From contig OX597816.1 of the NCBI GenBank assembly GCA_951406725.2, positions 74,276,001-74,340,000 of the forward strand: a DNA stretch of 64,000 nt, read 5' to 3'. A program made the position numbers and the translations under genes. How positions within the stretch are numbered: the stretch's first letter is position 1; every line of letters starts with the position of its first letter. The DNA is from Octopus vulgaris. Lineage: Eukaryota. Below, piece after piece: positions 12,536 through 25,761 of the stretch. The notes below the pieces were generated by a model. The model saw only the letters and a list, made by a program, of their open reading frames with translations, ran no database searches and was not told the origin of the DNA.

Positions 12536-12597
12536 CTGTAAATATATCATAGAAAACATATAAGTAATACCCCAGTAGTATATGTATGTATATTTCC

Positions 12598-12633
<36 letters not shown>

Positions 12634-12662
12634 ATAAGTCAAAACAATTTGTTGGCCTTTTA

Positions 12663-14810
12663 TCATCATCATCATCATCATCATCATTTAACGTCCGCTT
12701 TCCATGCTAGCATGGGTTGGACGGTTCAACTGGGGTCTGGGGAGCCCGAAAGCTGCACCAGTCCAGTCAGATCTGGCAGTGTTTCTACAGCTGGATGCCC
12801 TTCCTAACGCCAACCACTCCGAGAGTGTAGTGGGTGATTTTATGTGCCACCGACACAGGTGCCAGACGAGGCTGGCAAACGGCCACGCTCGGATGGTGTT
12901 TTTTATGTGCCACCGACACAGGTGCCAGACGAGGCTGGCAGACGGCCACACTCGGATGGTGTTTTTATGTGCCACCGACACAGGTGCCAGATGAGGCTGG
13001 CAAACGGCCACGATCGGATGGTGCTTGTTACGTGCCCACAGCACGGAGGCCAGTCGATGCGGTACTGGCTACGGCCACGTTCGGATGGTTTTCTTGTGTG
13101 CCACGTGCCACCGGCACTGGTACCACAAAGATACAAATTCCATTGATGTTCATCTATTTTGATTTGTTTTGATTTTCACTTGCCTCAACAGGTCTTCACA
13201 AGTGTCACAAGAAGGAAGGTATGCACAGGTGGACTGACTACGTCCCAGGTAGGGGCCATGGGTTATGGCCTGACTAGTCTTGCCGGGTCTTCGGATGGTG
13301 TTTTTATGTGCCACCGACACAGGTGCTAGATGAGGCTAGCGAACGGCCACGATCGGATGGTGTTTGTCATGTGCCCACAGCACGGAGGCCAGTCGATGCG
13401 GTACTGGCTACGGCCACTTTCGGATGGTTTTCTCTTGTGTGCCACCGGCACTGGTACCACAAAGATACAAATTCCATTGATGTTCATCTATTTTGATTTG
13501 TTTTGATTTGATTTTGATTTGCCTCAACAGGCCTTCACAAGTATCACAAGGAGGAAGGTATGCACAGGTGGACTGACTACGTCCCAGGTAGGGGCCATGG
13601 TTTATGGCCTGACTAGTCTTGCCGGGTCTTCGGATGGTGTTTTTATGTGCCACCGACACAGGTGCTAGATGAGGCTGGCGACATCCCAGGTAGGGGCCAT
13701 GGTTTATGGCCTGACTAGTCTTGCCGGGTCTTCGGATGGTGTTTTTATGTGCCACCGACACAGGTGCTAGATGAGGCTGGCAAACGGCCACGATTGGATG
13801 GTGTTTGTTGTGCCCACAGCACGATGGCCAGTGATGCGGTACTGACTACGGCCATGTTCGGATGGATTCTTGTGTGCCACCGGCACTGGTACCACAAGCG
13901 GTACTGACTACTTTTTATGTGCCACCGACACAGGTGCTAGATGAGGCTGGCGAACGGCCACGACCGGATGGTGTTTGTTATGTGCCCACAGCACGATGGC
14001 CAGTGATGCGGTACTGACTACGGCCACGTTCGGATGGATTCTTGTGTGCCACCGGCACTGGTACCACAAGCGGTACTGACTACGGCCACGTTCGGATGGA
14101 TTCTTGTGTGCCACCGGCACTGGTACCACAAAGATACAAATTCCATTGATGTTCATCTATTTTGATTTGTTTTGATTTGATTTTATTTGATTTTCACTTG
14201 CCTCAACAGGTCTTCACAAGTGTCACAAGAAGGAAGGTATGTACAGGTGGACTGACTACGTCCCAGGTAGGGCCCACGGGTTATGATCTGACTAGTCTTG
14301 CCGGGTCTTCGGATGGTGTTTTTATGTGCCACCATGTTCCCACAGCACGGAGGCGAGTCGATGCGGTACTGGCTACGGCCACGTTTGGATGGTTTTCTTG
14401 TGTGCCACAGGCACTGGTACCACAAAGATACAAATTCCATTGATGTTCATCTATTTTGATTGATGTTCACTTGCCTCAGCAGGTCTTCACAAGTGTCACA
14501 AGAAGGAAGGTATGCACAGGTGGATCGACTACGTCCCAGGTAGGGGCCACGGGATATGGCCTGACTAGTCCTGCCGGGTCCTCTCATGCACAGCACACTT
14601 CCATAGGACTTGGTCTTCAGTCATTTCCTTGGTGAGACCTAAAGTTCGAAGGTCGTGCTTCACCACCTCGTCCCAGGTTTTCCTGGGTCTACCTCTTCCA
14701 CAGGTTCCCTCAACTGCTAGGGTGTAGCACTTTTGCACACAACTATCTTCAGCCATTCTCGTCACATGACCATACCAGCGCAGCCGTCTCTCTTGCAGAC
14801 CACAACTGAC
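12663..14810 (-). mobile_element. 5'-truncated RTE LINE: ORF C-terminus, tandemly expanded 3' UTR and (ATG)n tail
   Basis: RRLRWYGHV..GRGRPRKTW..DLR at 14565-14810; ~62-nt and several-hundred-nt internal duplications; CpG-rich, so probably young. Confidence 0.85.
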
Positions 14811-15724
14811 ATGGTTTTTATGGTTTTTATAATTATTTATATAATATTATGTTATGTTATATATTATATTCATAGTATTTAATGTAATATTTTAATATAA
14901 ATAAATTATTGGATTGAAGCATTCGCCACCATAACCTCGTTTAGGCTTAGCAGCCCTTCCTGTTTGTTTTCACTGTCCTGTTTGTGTTATAAATTTTGAC
15001 CCTCCACAAAATCCCAAATTTTATTTAATTTGCTTTGCGGGAGCAACTGTTTTATCGGAAGCGTATATTGTTGTTAAGCGTATATTTTTATTTAACATTT
15101 CTTCAAAGGTCAAAATTATCTTTATCTTTTGTTTTTTACTTGTTTCATTCATTAGACTGTGGCCATACTGGAGCACTCCCTTGAAGGGTTTAGTGAAACA
15201 AACCAATCCCAGGACTTAATTTTTAAAGTCTGCTACTCATGCTATCAGTCACTTTCACTGAACTGATAAGTTATAGGGACATAAACAAACCAACACCTTT
15301 TGTCAAATGGTGGATGGAGGAAAACAAACACAGACACAAAGATGCACATATACATATGTACATGACTGGAAATGAGTGACACCATCTGTATGGTAGTGAT
15401 GCTCGTTTACAACCATCAGAAGATGTCAAGAAAAGGACACGTGAACATGCACGCACTCACACACATGTGCGCATGCACCATCATGCACACACATTCATAT
15501 GCACATGCACACATACACACATATACATACACATATATATTATGGGCTTCTACACAGTTTTCATCTACCAAGTCGACTCACAACACTTTGGTCAGCCCGA
15601 AGCTACAGTAGAGGACACTTGCCCAAGGTGCCATGCAATAGGTTTGAACCCGAAACCATGTGGTTGGGAAGCAAACAGCTTAACCACATAACCATGTATA
15701 AAAGAATTAATACAAAGTCCTTAC

Positions 15725-15839
15725 TTGTGACTTTCTTGAAGCATGTCTGCCAGAGTCTGTATCTGATAATACTGTTCCAATTTGGATTCTAACAATTCAA
15801 CATCTTTCTTCAGCTGAAGATTTTGGTCTTTCAGTTCTT
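15725..15839 (-). CDS. CEP72: CEP72-family coding exon (penultimate)
   Basis: Polypyrimidine ttcag| acceptor and |gtaagg donor; 115 nt, phase 1 to 2. ELKDQNLQLKKDVELLESKLEQYYQIQTLADMLQESHK matches the CEP72 MLQESH motif. Confidence 0.9.
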
Positions 15840-15973
15840 CTGAATAAAATGAACAAAAAAAAATGTAAAAATTATTTTTAAAAATGGAGAAAAAAGTATA
15901 AACATATTATTATTGTTATCATTAGCAGCAGCAACAGTGGGAGCAGGAACAGAAGTGGGGACAGTAGCAGCAT

Positions 15974-16198
15974 TTAACCCCGTTGTTCCCATATTTCTGT
16001 TGAGATGTTCTGTGTTTCTTTCAATTAATTTTAAATATAACAAAGAATTTAGTAAAATCACTAAGTAATCACTAGTGTTAGGAACATGAATTGTGACTAA
16101 GGTTTGGTAGAAGATTTTAATTCAAAACTTATGGAAACAAAACATTTGTATTACAGAGCCAGAAGCAGTTTCAGCTGGGTTGGTATCAAAAGAGTTAA
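15974..16198. mobile_element. TTAA-flanked piggyBac-like MITE
   Basis: TTAA-CCC...AAGAG-TTAA, ~225 bp. Relatives at 21141-21371, 21384-21613, ~38480-38670, ~49705-49922 and 51827-52056. Confidence 0.7.
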
Positions 16199-17512
16199 GA
16201 ATTGTTTTCTACGTTGGCATGGATTGGACAGCTTGACAGAAACTACAGGACTGTACTGAGGTCCAATGTCAGCTATGGCGTGATTCTTCTATGTCTGGAT
16301 GCCTTTCTTAACTCCAGCCACTTTACAGAGTGTTCTGCGTGCTTTTCTTCATGACACTGGCACTAATGAAGTGGCCTAGTAACTTGCAAGGCAAGAAAAG
16401 AAAAGGAAAAAGGCCCCTTGACTGAGTGGACGGTGTATTTGTGCCTCTAAGACAAAGAAGGGGAGTGAGGAATATCCCCCCACCTCCCTTTTAAAGATGG
16501 TAGACTGTAATTTTAGTGACTTGGTTGTAATTTCTAGCAGGCTAATCAACCACAAACAGGTTCTCTTACTGGCTTGAGGATACAGGTGTTGACTGACTTT
16601 GTGTCAAAGAACTGAATGCCATAAAGAATATTTAAAGTTCCAGCTCTGTGCCAATTCCACAGCATTAATATCAAATTGTGGATGTGACTGTGTGGTCTTG
16701 GGTTTGATCCCACTGCATGGCACTTTGGATGTCTTCTACAATAGTCATGGATTGACCAAAGCCTTGTGTGTAGGTTTGATAGATGGAAACTGAAAGAAGC
16801 CTATTATATATGTGTTTAGTCATCCATCCATTCATCCATCCATATATACATACATCAATCCATCAATACATACATACATACATGCATACATACATACATA
16901 GTTTGTTTTTGTATTTGGTTTGCAAGATATTTGATGTAAATTCATGTGTTGAAGCAAATCTTGTGTCTTGGGTGGGTCATTATGTCAATAACAGTAAACA
17001 CACACACACTGGTTCAATATCACTTCTTTAATGTTAGTCAATCGGTTAAACATCTAACTCGTTAACTAAGTAACTAATTGAGCATTTCTTTAATGTATTG
17101 GTTAAACAATCAATTAGTTGTTTGTTCATCAAAGTCCTTCCATCATTATTCATGACCTTCTCAATGACTCACTTTCTCTCTACAAGGTCTGCTGTGAGTC
17201 TGTCCAAGAACTGGTCTCATGCCTGTACGTGTATATGGAGATGTGTTTACTTAGAAGATAAGCTAAGGGTGAGATCAAATGAAGAGTGTATGTGCATGCA
17301 GGTGTGTGTGAGTGTGCAAGTATGATTATGTGTGTATGTGGGTGTATGCACACATGTAGAAGCACACACAAGCACACACACATGCTTACCTCCACTTGTA
17401 AACAAACACACATCTATATACATACACACTCTCACGCCATAGTACCACAGAGTGGGACTGAACCCACCACCACCTCCAAACCATGTGGTTATGAAGCAAA
17501 CATTTTTATTAC

Positions 17513-17546
<34 letters not shown>

Positions 17547-18078
17547 ATGCGGGTGTGTGTGTGTCTCTCTCTCTCTGTCCCTTTGTCTCAGGATTGCATG
17601 ATGGTTGTAAATAAGCACCACCATCCATACAGGTGATGTTGTTGGCTTCAAGTCTTCTGTGAAAAACATGTATGATCACAATGAAATATTCCTTTGTTTG
17701 GAAAGGGGTGAGAGTTGGTGACAGGAAAGGCACCCGGCTGCAGAAAATCTGCCTCAACAAATTCTGTCTGATCCATACAAGCATAGAAAAGTGGACAGTG
17801 AAATGATGATAATGATGGTGACTGTCAAAGCAGAAGTCATAAAGAAACTGTGATATTTAATGAACAGAGTATGACGAAGATATACGAGGTTAAAAGATAT
17901 AAATAAACTTCAACTTGTTAGAACAAGACAATTTACAAGACAAACATAGAAACGAAGAAACTTAACAAAGCCATTATGGAATATGAGAATTTGAAGAGAT
18001 TAAACACAATTGTTTTCTTTTTAAGAACTTAAATCTGAATTGAATGGTAAAACCGTGGCAAAAGTAATAAACACAGAG

Positions 18079-18436
18079 GTGTGATGGTGGTGGTGTTTGT
18101 GCTGATGGTGGTGTTTGTGGTGGTGGTGGTGTTTGTGGTGGTGGTGTTTGTGACGGTGGTGGTGTTTGTGACAGTGGTGGTGTTTGTGGTGATGTTTGTG
18201 CTGGTAGTGGTGGTGTTTGTGACGGTGGTGGTGTTTGTGCTGGTGTTGGTGTTTGTTGTGATGCTTGTGGTGGTGGTGGTGGTGGTGGTGTTTGTGCTGG
18301 TGGTGATGTTTGTTGTGATGTTTGTGGTGGTGGTGGTGGTGGTGCTTGTGCTGGTGGTGGTGTTTGTGCTGGTGGTGGTGCTTGTAGCAGTAGTAATACT
18401 GATGGTAATATTGAGAGTGGTGGTGGTGGTGGTGGT
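18079..18436. repeat. Degenerate (GTG)n / 15-18-nt minisatellite
   Basis: Repeats of tgtttgtg(c/a)tggtggtgg; source of the spurious poly-H, poly-T and poly-V ORFs. Confidence 0.9.
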
Positions 18437-20829
18437 TATAAAATAATACACAAACTGAATGGTGGAAATATAAGAAAAGATATTTATACAATAAACACAA
18501 TAGGGACTGCCTGCTACAATAGAAGACATGTTTAATGACAAGGTAGCAAAGGGTCTGTTAGAAATAGCAGCAAAACCCCTTCAAACCCTGCCTTACCAAA
18601 TTGGAGAAAGAAAATACATGAGAAAGTGTAGCCCTACATAAACTGTGTCTGAAGAGAAAAGACAGAGTGGCCATGGCTGGATTGTCTTTAACTCTAAGTC
18701 TACGTGGTGAGGGTAGAGTTTTGTCTACACAGCAACATATGTTGATATCAGTGAAGATATTTTGACCTTTTAACTTTTACTTGTTTCAGTCATTAGAGTG
18801 CAACCAGGCTGGGGCAGCACCTTGAAGAACTTTAGTTGAATGAAACTCAGGACTTACCATTTTTTAAAAGCCAGGTACTTATTCTATCGGTCACTTTTGT
18901 CAAACCACTAAGTTACAGGGACATAAACACACCAATGCCAGTTGTCATGAGGTGGTGGGAGACAAATACTGACACAAAGACACACACACATCATCTAGTT
19001 TTTTAAATCTGGGATTTGTCCCCGTTAATGGGTGTGGCTAGATCTACCTCAATGCCATAGCAACTGAGGTAGGCAGGTGCAGCCCACCCCAACCTTTGGG
19101 CTGGCCGGTGCCCATTCTCCTTTTGGAACTGGATTTTCTATGGGGAGAATGCTTATTCCCAACCTCAGTTTCTAGACATGAGTGGTCCCGAGACCAAGGC
19201 CTCTACCATGATTTTTAAGAAATGTGGTAGAAAACTTGCTCAGGAAGGCAGGGACACTACTCCCTGAGACCCCTTTCGGAGTCCCCCTACCTATATATAT
19301 ATATATATATATATACACATGCAAAAGGCTTCTTTCAGTCTCCGTCAACCAAATTCACTAACAAGGCTTTGGTTGGCCCAAGGCTACATTTGGCCTGAGG
19401 CTCTTGCTCAATGTGCCCTGCTGTGGGACTGAACTCAGAACCATCCAGTTGGGAAGCAAGCTTCTTACCATACAGCCATGCCTCTGCCTTATGATTTTTT
19501 TACTTTTTTAAGCCTGGTACTTATTCTATCAGTTTCTTATGCTGAACTGCTAAGTTATCAAGTAGTTGTGGGTGGAGGACAAAACAGACCCAGGCATGAC
19601 AATAGGTGCAAGTATGGCTGTGTGATAAGAAGTCTGCTTTCCAACTACATGGTTCCAGGTTCAGATCTACTGTGTGGAAGGAGACTGAGAGAAGCCTGTT
19701 GTGTATGTGTATAGTCATGGCCGATGCCAGTGCCATCTGGCTGGCACTCATTCTGGTGGCATGTAAAAAGCACCATTCAAGCGTTGGGCCTCGTGGAGGC
19801 AGTGACAGGTGACCAAGACCCTTGGCAATATACTCTGCTTGTGTTGACCTGTCAAGCCAAGTGAGACCGTAGTCATGGCTGATGCTGGTGTCAGGTCAGT
19901 GGCACCCATGCCTGTGGCACGTAAAAAGCATCCACTACTCTCTCAGAGTGGTTGGCATTAGGAAGGGCATCAAGCCATAGAAACCTTGCTAAACCTTATC
20001 AGAACCTGGTGCAGCTTACCAGTTTTCGGTCAAACCATTCGACCCATGACAGCATGGAAAGCAGACGTTAAATGATGATGATATTGATACACACACACAC
20101 ACACACAAGCATCAAGAACAGCAGATGGCTGTAGGAAACCTGCCTCTACAATTTCCACTTGACCCATGCAAGCATGGAAAAATAGATGTTAAATAATGGT
20201 GATGATCATGAACATATGCATGTTGTGTTATGTCAAATGAATGAGAAAGTAGTGCTCAATACATGTAGTAGAAGATATGGTTTCTTTTTACAGAAACTGA
20301 AGCTAATCATCATCATCATCATTTAAAGTCCATCTCCCACTGTTGGCATGGGTCGGATGTTTTGACAAGGAGCTGGTAAGTCAGAGGGCTACACCAGGCT
20401 CCGGTTGTCATGGTTTCTTCAGTTGAATGCCCTACCTAATGCTAATCCCTTTACAGATTGTTGTCATCATCATCATCATCATTTAACATCCACCTTCCAT
20501 GCTGGCATGGGTGGAATGGTTTGATAGGAGCCAGCCAGGCAGAAGCCTACACCATCCTTCTGTGACTGTTTCAGCAGGATTTTTACAGCTGGATACCTGT
20601 CCTAACACCAACCACTCAGCAGAGTGGACTGAGTGCTTTTTACATGGTGCCAGCACAGGATGTGGTATCAAAACACATGGTGTTTAAACATGGTATTGGT
20701 GCAGGCATGGCTTGCTTTGTAATCGCATGTCCACCAAACAGTGGTAGAAGTAAGAGAAGGAAGAGTGAGATCATGAACGAGTAGTATGTTAGTTTATAAG
20801 ATTAAAGACTAAAGAATAAACCACTGAAC

Positions 20830-20959
20830 TGCATTGAGTTGTGTCAGCAGGAAATTCTTCAGTTCCTGACTTAGACTTCTTGATCAATAACCATTGTAGA
20901 TCCTCTCTCAGTTTCTTGTTTTCTTCCAGACATTGCTCCAATTGAGTTTTCAGACAAAC
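20830..20959 (-). CDS. CEP72: CEP72-family coding exon (coiled coil; donor position uncertain)
   Basis: tttctttttgttgtgtag| acceptor, phase 0 matching the upstream exon. Encodes VCLKTQLEQCLEENKKLREDLQWLL. The only phase-1 GT donor is the weak A|GTTCAG. Confidence 0.75.
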
Positions 20960-21140
20960 CTACACAACAAAAAGAAAATCAAAACTGACGTTAAACAGAC
21001 ATTTAACTCTAAAGGAATAATTAAAGAAAATTGAAAAAGAAATTGTACTAGAGTTTAGAAAAGGGTCAGTAAAATGGCCAATATTGATCCCTCATCTAGC
21101 AATCCTAGGTGTTGTTAAACAACAGAAACAATTTTGAGCA

Positions 21141-21613
21141 TTAACCCTTTCATTACTGTATTTATTTTGAGATGCTCTGTGTTTCTTTCAATTAATTTTA
21201 AATATAACAAAGAATTTAGCAAAATCACTTGGTTATCATTAAGCTTATGTTAGGAACATAAATTGTAACTAAGGTTTGGTGGAAAATTTTTAATTCAAAA
21301 TTTATGAAAACAAGACATTTGTACTACAGAGCCAGAGGCAGTTTCAGCTAGGTTGGTAATGAAAGAGTTAAAGTAATGATTTGTTAACCCTTTCATTACG
21401 GTATTTATTTTGAGATGCTTTGTGTTTCTTTCAATTGATTTTAAATATAATAAACAATTTAGTAAAATAATTTGTTTTTCATTAAGCTAGTGTTAGGAAC
21501 ATAAATTGTGACTAAGGTTTGGTGGAAGATTTAAATTCAAGACTTATGAAAACAAGACATTTGTACTACAGAGTCAGAGGCTGTTTCAGCTGGGTTGGTA
21601 TCGAAAGGGTTAA
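21141..21613. mobile_element. Two tandem TTAA MITEs
   Basis: TTAA-CCCTTTC...GAAAG(A/G)G-TTAA occurs twice, 12 bp apart. Confidence 0.8.
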
Positions 21614-22353
21614 GGGTGCTGAATTATTGATGAACAGAATCTGGAAGAGTGTGGGTGATTCAAGGCTAAAACTTACTAATTTCCAGGCAAATATCAATGT
21701 TATAATTAGTATTCACCAAACATACTTTGCATTAAATATTCCGATTATGTGGCTGAATTTTCATCATCATCGTCATCATTTAACATCCGTCACCATGTCA
21801 CTCACAAACGCTGACCACATCTGATGGTCAGCTGCAGTCAAAGCTGTAAAGTAATGTTTTTGCTTATTGCCTGAAAGTCCAGCTTGCAAGTTTGGCAAAT
21901 GCCCCACCAGGAGAGCAAGCATGATGTTTAACGGGAACCCCGTTGCTGTAGTCGTCCTTCACTGTTGTGGTGTAGAGTTCATGGATTAGTGTAATCCATA
22001 GCAGCTTATCTTGACGTCAACTGTTGACCATCACAGAGGATATGCTGACCAAATCACCACTGAGCATCCAGCATGGATTTGAAGTGAGTGCAGACTTGTA
22101 AGCAGAGGTCAGCATTACCAGGTGCCAGTGGATGCCACTGTGGGTAGGAGTAGCTGGGGTAGTGATGGGGGTAGCAGAGTAAACCCTCAAGGGACAAGAA
22201 TGTAAGTATGAGAGAGAATATGGACAGTGGATCGGTGGTGGAGAGTAGCCAATGATGGGAGTCAGAGGTAAATGTAGGGTGGAAGTGTAGCCTGATGGGA
22301 CATGAAAGAAATAATTCTGATGACATTTCGTATTTCTAAAGAAATGATTTTAC

Positions 22354-22523
22354 CACGTCAGGGTGTGTTGTTTGAATAGGTCTACTTTCTTGACTTCTTT
22401 CAGCAGTTCTTGCTTTGTCTGGTGCACTGGATTTACCAACAAGGTTTGATGAAAACTGAGGATGCATTACAGATTCTTTATCACACTGAGCCATGTGTTT
22501 CTCTATCAAATTCTTTGCTATGG
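22354..22523 (-). CDS. CEP72: CEP72-family coding exon
   Basis: tatttcag| acceptor and |gtaaaa donor; 170 nt, phase 1 to 0; IAKNLIEKHMAQ...THPDV. Confidence 0.85.
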
Positions 22524-22759
22524 CTGAAATAATCAGAAATAAACACATTAGTTTCAAGTACTAAATGATTAAATAAATGCGGCTAAAGGGAGATTTGCCT
22601 GCTATTTCAAGGGGTCTAATTAAGCATGGGGAGACAACACATGGCTGCTGTTCTGGGAAAGAAAGATTATGAATATTGGTTTGTGCAGGGAACGGAAAGG
22701 ATTGGAGGGCACAAGGGCGATAAGAAGTGATGACATGAGTAGGCCAAGGTGCCGACTCA

Positions 22760-23125
22760 TGTTTTTAAGGCCAGAAAATATTTCAGTCCCCAGTAGTTAA
22801 TGATACTCAATAAGGCTCAAGTGAAACCCACAATGGAGTGCTACTTCTACATCAATGCTGGTGCTACATGTACCAACATCTCAGACTGTATACAGCGAAG
22901 GACCATTTAACTTCTAATGGACACACTCCAGCCTCTAGCCCACAAGTATAGTGTCTCCTCTGTCTTTTCTATCATTACTATACTAGCTTCTGCTCCTTGG
23001 AGTCAGCTTATCTCATACCTCAGTCAATCAGGCATCCTTTCATCATCCTTGGACTGTCCAATCTCTTCTGTTCTCTGCATTAACCACTATTCGTAATCTT
23101 TCTTTTCCAGAACATCAGCTATCTG
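22760..23125 (+). mobile_element. Ancient L2/CR1-group LINE C-terminal relic
   Basis: FKARKYFSPQ*LMILNKAQVKPTME...TLQPLAH resembles the KAQVRPxMEY region. Confidence 0.6.
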
Positions 23126-23807
23126 CGGTCACTACATGGCTCATTGGGTTTCTAGAAATAGCAGGCAAATCTCCCTTCAGTCACTTACTACTTTATTAAA
23201 TAAAGAAGCAACCCATTGGCCAATGCAGTCCATGATATATTCCAGTCAATACATGATGGCCATAGCTGGAATGACTTTGATTACAGATCTGTCCAATCAA
23301 AATTGACCCAGGTCTTAACAACAATAACAATATCAATAACATCTCAAAAGTGCTCTAAAATCATAAAAAGCTGAAGAGAGGTGTAGGCATGGCTGAGTGG
23401 TGAGACGTTTACTTCCCAACCACATGGTTCCAGGTTCAGTCCCACTCTGTGGTACCTTAAGTAAGTGTCCTCTACTATAGCCTTGTGAATGGATTTTGGT
23501 AGACAGAAACTGGCTTAGTGATTAGAGCATTCTGCTCATGAGCATAAGGTCATGAGTTCAATTCCTGGCAACACATTGTGTCCTTGAGCAAGACACTTAT
23601 TTTACGTTACTTCAGTCCACTCAGCTGGCAAAAACGAGTAGTACCTATATTTCAAAGGGCCAGCTTTGTCACATTCTGTGTCACACTGACTCTCTCTGAG
23701 AACTACATTAAGGGTACATGTATCTGTGGAGTGCTCAGCCACTTGCACATTAATTTCATGAGCAAGCTGTTCCATTGATCGGATCAGCTGGGGCCTTCGT
23801 CATCATA

Positions 23808-24693
23808 ACCGGTGAATAAACTATCGTCTAAATTATGCAAAAATAAAAATAACACAGACATCACATTTTAACAGATATATTTACTAAAGTTACATAAAAA
23901 TATCTTGAAATACTAAAGAGTAAATTTATTCAATAAATTGCCATTGGCTTCAATCACAACTTCCTGACGACTTCAGAATCTTCTGCAACTCTTCTGGACA
24001 GTCACCTTGTTTAAGTTGGTGAATGCTACCATAATCCTTGCCTGCAGTTCGTCTTTGATGTTACAAGGAATTTTGTTGGTCTCTCACTCAACTATGCCCC
24101 ACACATAGTAATCAAGGGGGTTGCAGTCTGGGGAGTTAGGTGGCCAGATATTAGGGGTGATGTGATCACAGAAATTGTCCAACAACCATGACTGTGTACT
24201 CCTGCTTGCGTGGCATGGTGGAGAATCCTGTTGCCAGACATAGGGTCTTCCAGTAACCACCCTCTTGACTTAGGGCAGCAGTACCTTCTCCAGGCACTTG
24301 ATATAGGCCTCCATATTGAGTCTGAGGCTGTGTGGGAAGATGAATCAAGGTATAACATCGCCATCACTAGTGTTCACTCCAAACACCATGATGTTGAATG
24401 GATGTTAGAGTTTTATTGGTCTTGGTACATGTTTGGGGGACATGGCAAACACTCAGATTGACACCCAAACACTCTGAAATGTTTGTATTGGAGTTTTTGG
24501 CATGAATGCCAAGCAGTGCAGCATGTTATTTCCAAATTTCTGGCAGAGAGAATTGTGTCGTGGTGCTGCTTTTCTCACAAATGATGCCCAACTGACCCTA
24601 CTATACTGTGTAGTCAACAAAATCAAAAACAAACATGTACATGCATGAAATTAAAAATATAAAATGGCAACAATTTACCCATCGCACCCTGTA
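23808..24693 (-). mobile_element. Internally deleted Tc1/mariner DD37D (maT) transposon
   Basis: WQQD-(37 aa)-D spacing in WQQDSPPCH...WPPNSPDCNPLDYYVWG; TA-CAGGGTG terminus at ~24693; left TIR decayed. Confidence 0.8.
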
Positions 24694-25347
24694 TATATTG
24701 ATGTGCATGTGTCTTTGTATCTGTGTTTGTCTCCCCTCACTGCTTGACAACTGGTGTTGGTGTGTTTACATCCCTTTTACTTAGCAATTCATTAAAACAA
24801 AACCAATAGAATAAGAACCAGGTTTAAAATAAAATCAAGTACTAGAGATCAGTCCATTAGACTAAAACTTCAAGGCGGTGCCCCAGCACGGCCAAACCCT
24901 AATGAGTGCCACAAATAAAAAATAAAAGATTAACAATCAAGTTTATACATCAAAGAAATAAGGAAGAGAAATTGTTTTTTCTCTTGAGAGGAGATAGAAT
25001 AATAATTAGACTGTCTATTAATAAATATGTTGGGATTAAAAATATATTTATGACTTCTTTCCTGATGAAATATTTCTGTCAGCTAATTCATATGACACAC
25101 AAACACACAGAAGTTGTTTTGTAGGTATATCCTCACTGATTCATGTCATTGATATATTAACAAGTATAACTGTTACATATTTATTTACTGTGTGGTGTCT
25201 ATGAATGGAGGTGATGTGGACTCCTTGCAAAACCCTGCAGGCAAGGTAAACCTCACCACCTGTCTAGGAGGGGGGGGGTGTCAACACTGAATAAAAGCTG
25301 ATGTAGGGTAGGGAAAACTCTTGAGTTCTACTTCAGACTTCAGACAG

Positions 25348-25413
<66 letters not shown>

Positions 25414-25761
25414 TCTCTCTCTCTCTCTCATGCCTGTAACACGATAAAATGAATCACCCGGTCATGGCTGAAAAAATATGAGAAAAATATGAGACATGCA
25501 GTTTTCTCTATACCAGCTTTGGCTAGTAGAGAGAAAACAGAGGAGGGGGAGGGTTGGCAGAGGAGGAATAGGATGGGGAAGAGGAGAAGGCAGAAGTAGA
25601 ATAGGATGGAGGGGAGGGGGTTACCTTCACAGGTAACTCTATCAAATTTTAGGGAGTATATATTATTACAAAACTGATTACAATAAATCTGCCAAGTACA
25701 AAGATAAATATCAAAATGAACAATAATAATAATGATAATAACAACAACAACAGCAACAGCA

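Noticed and set aside
12830-14560. CRISPR-like regular repeats (also 51400-51630 and 53200-53745)
   Set aside because: Whole units repeat without unique spacers; they belong to RTE 3' UTRs; eukaryotic context with no cas genes.
16570-16611. Micro-exon bridging exons 20959 and 15839 (also 17173-17222)
   Set aside because: Stop codons in the required phase.
18021-18541. His-, Thr- and Val-rich ORFs
   Set aside because: Translations of a GTG minisatellite that is open in several frames, with no splice context.
19044-19082. let-7 microRNA (TGAGGTAG)
   Set aside because: Only the 8-nt seed matches, and the hairpin is too short for a pre-miRNA.
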